Shown here in pieces: positions 62,524 to 64,000 of a stretch of DNA of 64,000 nt (the first letter of the stretch is position 1; every line of letters starts with the position of its first letter). The DNA comes from Podarcis melisellensis (taxonomy: Eukaryota). The position numbers were made by a program, and so were the translations under genes. The DNA lies in the NCBI GenBank assembly GCA_964234715.1, contig OZ174276.1. One strand, written 5' to 3'. The notes under the pieces were generated by a model. The model saw nothing but the letters and a program-made list of their open reading frames with translations, searched no databases and was not told where the DNA came from.

Positions 62524-64000
62524 CTGAGGAGAGAGGCAAGAGGCATCGTCAAAACTGCACTCCACATCCGACATGGTATGTATTCTGAGTTACTGGAAGG
62601 TGTATGTGTGTGCTTGTGTGTGCGTGTGTGGGAAGCAGGGGTGCTCAGTGCTTTGTGCAAGCCAAATTGGAGGAGATTCCCTTCCTGCCCTGCTTTCTGG
62701 CTTAGCCTCTTTCCATGCCCCAGAGGTGTCACAGTTCAACTCTTGCATGGGAGACTCCTGCACTGTGCTCACGAAGCAGCACACGAGCTCTGTACAGCCA
62801 GATAATTCATCCGAAACACGGCGACACCTCCCCTTCCAATCAGTGCCTAGCTTTGGAATTAACTCTTCCACTGCATGCCAACTCTGAAGCAGGGCTCTTT
62901 AGCTACTGTGCCTAAAAGAGTTATTCGAAGCTCTGATTTACGTTTCGCACGCAGTTCAGCTGCTGTACACAAAGGCTTCCTTTGCTGTTAGGTTCATATC
63001 ACAACTGCACACACATCTCATCCGCTCGCCCCACTGCCCCCCCCCCCACTCCAGCTTTAAAAGCTGGGACTCAAGAAGCAAGGTGAGGAGGAAGTCTCTG
63101 CAGTGTTGTTGCTAACACACTGCAGGCATCCCCAAGGCTTCCTTCTGCGTCCATCTGCAAATTAGCAAAAGCATCAAAACAACACAACAAAAAACCCACC
63201 TGCATCAGACTGACAGTGAATGGAATGACCCAAAACAGAAGTAATGTGCACATGGAGTCAGCAGCCACCTATTTTAAAGTGTTTGTTTGGCATGCCATTC
63301 TGTCTGAGGCTACCGTGCAACAGTTAACAACATGATGGAACATGTCCTGCTTCACCATTCATTGTAACCTTATTGCTTTTATTTATGGGGTTTTTGTCCT
63401 TTGTAGTCCTTACCAGGGTTATCTCTCACAAAGAAATATTTATGCCACATTGTCCAGTTTTACACAGAGTAACAAAAAATACCTCACGGACAAACATAGC
63501 ACAACAACTTTATTCTAGGAAGAAGACTGCCTTAATACTCTCTGATAGAGAACAGTCCTGTCCCCCCGCATGTCTCCTTAATTTTTATGTGCAAAACTCC
63601 AGAGAGCTAGAAATGCCACAGTTTCTTTAGGCACCATTTTCTACCAGCTATGACATCTTTCCCGGAAACCAGTCTATACGTGCTATGGTGCAATTTGAAC
63701 ACAAGCCTTTTTGCCTTTCTCTTTATGTCCCCCCCCCCGACAGCTGCTATTGTTCTTTAAAATATCCTCACATATGTGAAACGGAATCCTTCAATACCCC
63801 TCAAAGGAAGCTTCTTGCTGATCCAGAATCTGAAAATGAGTCCATTTCCCTCAGATGTTCTAATGTCATGCTGACAAGGCAAGTAAATAAATTTTTAAAT
63901 ATCCCTCTTTGTTAGCATTAGTTGCCCACGCACAGCAGAAAAAGAGTATGCCCCAAACAGCAGATTGGCATTGGTCCAGCCGCAAAAGCTGATGCTAGCA

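Overview
Vertebrate genomic DNA from a squamate reptile, probably a lacertid lizard (Sauria SINEs, BovB/RTE, CR1 and L1/Tx1 fragments, many MITEs). Two convergent, intact, multi-exon genes were reconstructed by hand from splice sites and reading phase. (1) GLP2R (glucagon-like peptide-2 receptor, class B1 GPCR), + strand: 12 coding exons (exons 2-13 by human numbering), 8817-23847, 1494 nt = 497 aa plus stop. The signal-peptide exon 1 was not identified and probably lies upstream of the window. (2) GAS7 (F-BAR protein), - strand: last 10 coding exons, 62523-42046, 960 nt = 319 aa plus stop, with a predicted ~9 kb 3'UTR ending near 32910. No recoverin (RCVRN) gene is recognisable between them, although it sits there in mammals. 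I see no evidence of a wholly new biological system. The best leads are lineage-specific changes in GLP2R (Trp-to-Leu in the ECD helix, longer ECL1, read-through of the terminal ESEI motif), a solo LTR placed where it could yield a soluble ECD, an inverted SINE pair bracketing exons 2-10, a MITE-primed 300-bp duplication in the GAS7 3'UTR, and the empty RCVRN slot. All comparisons to human proteins are from memory and need checking by alignment.
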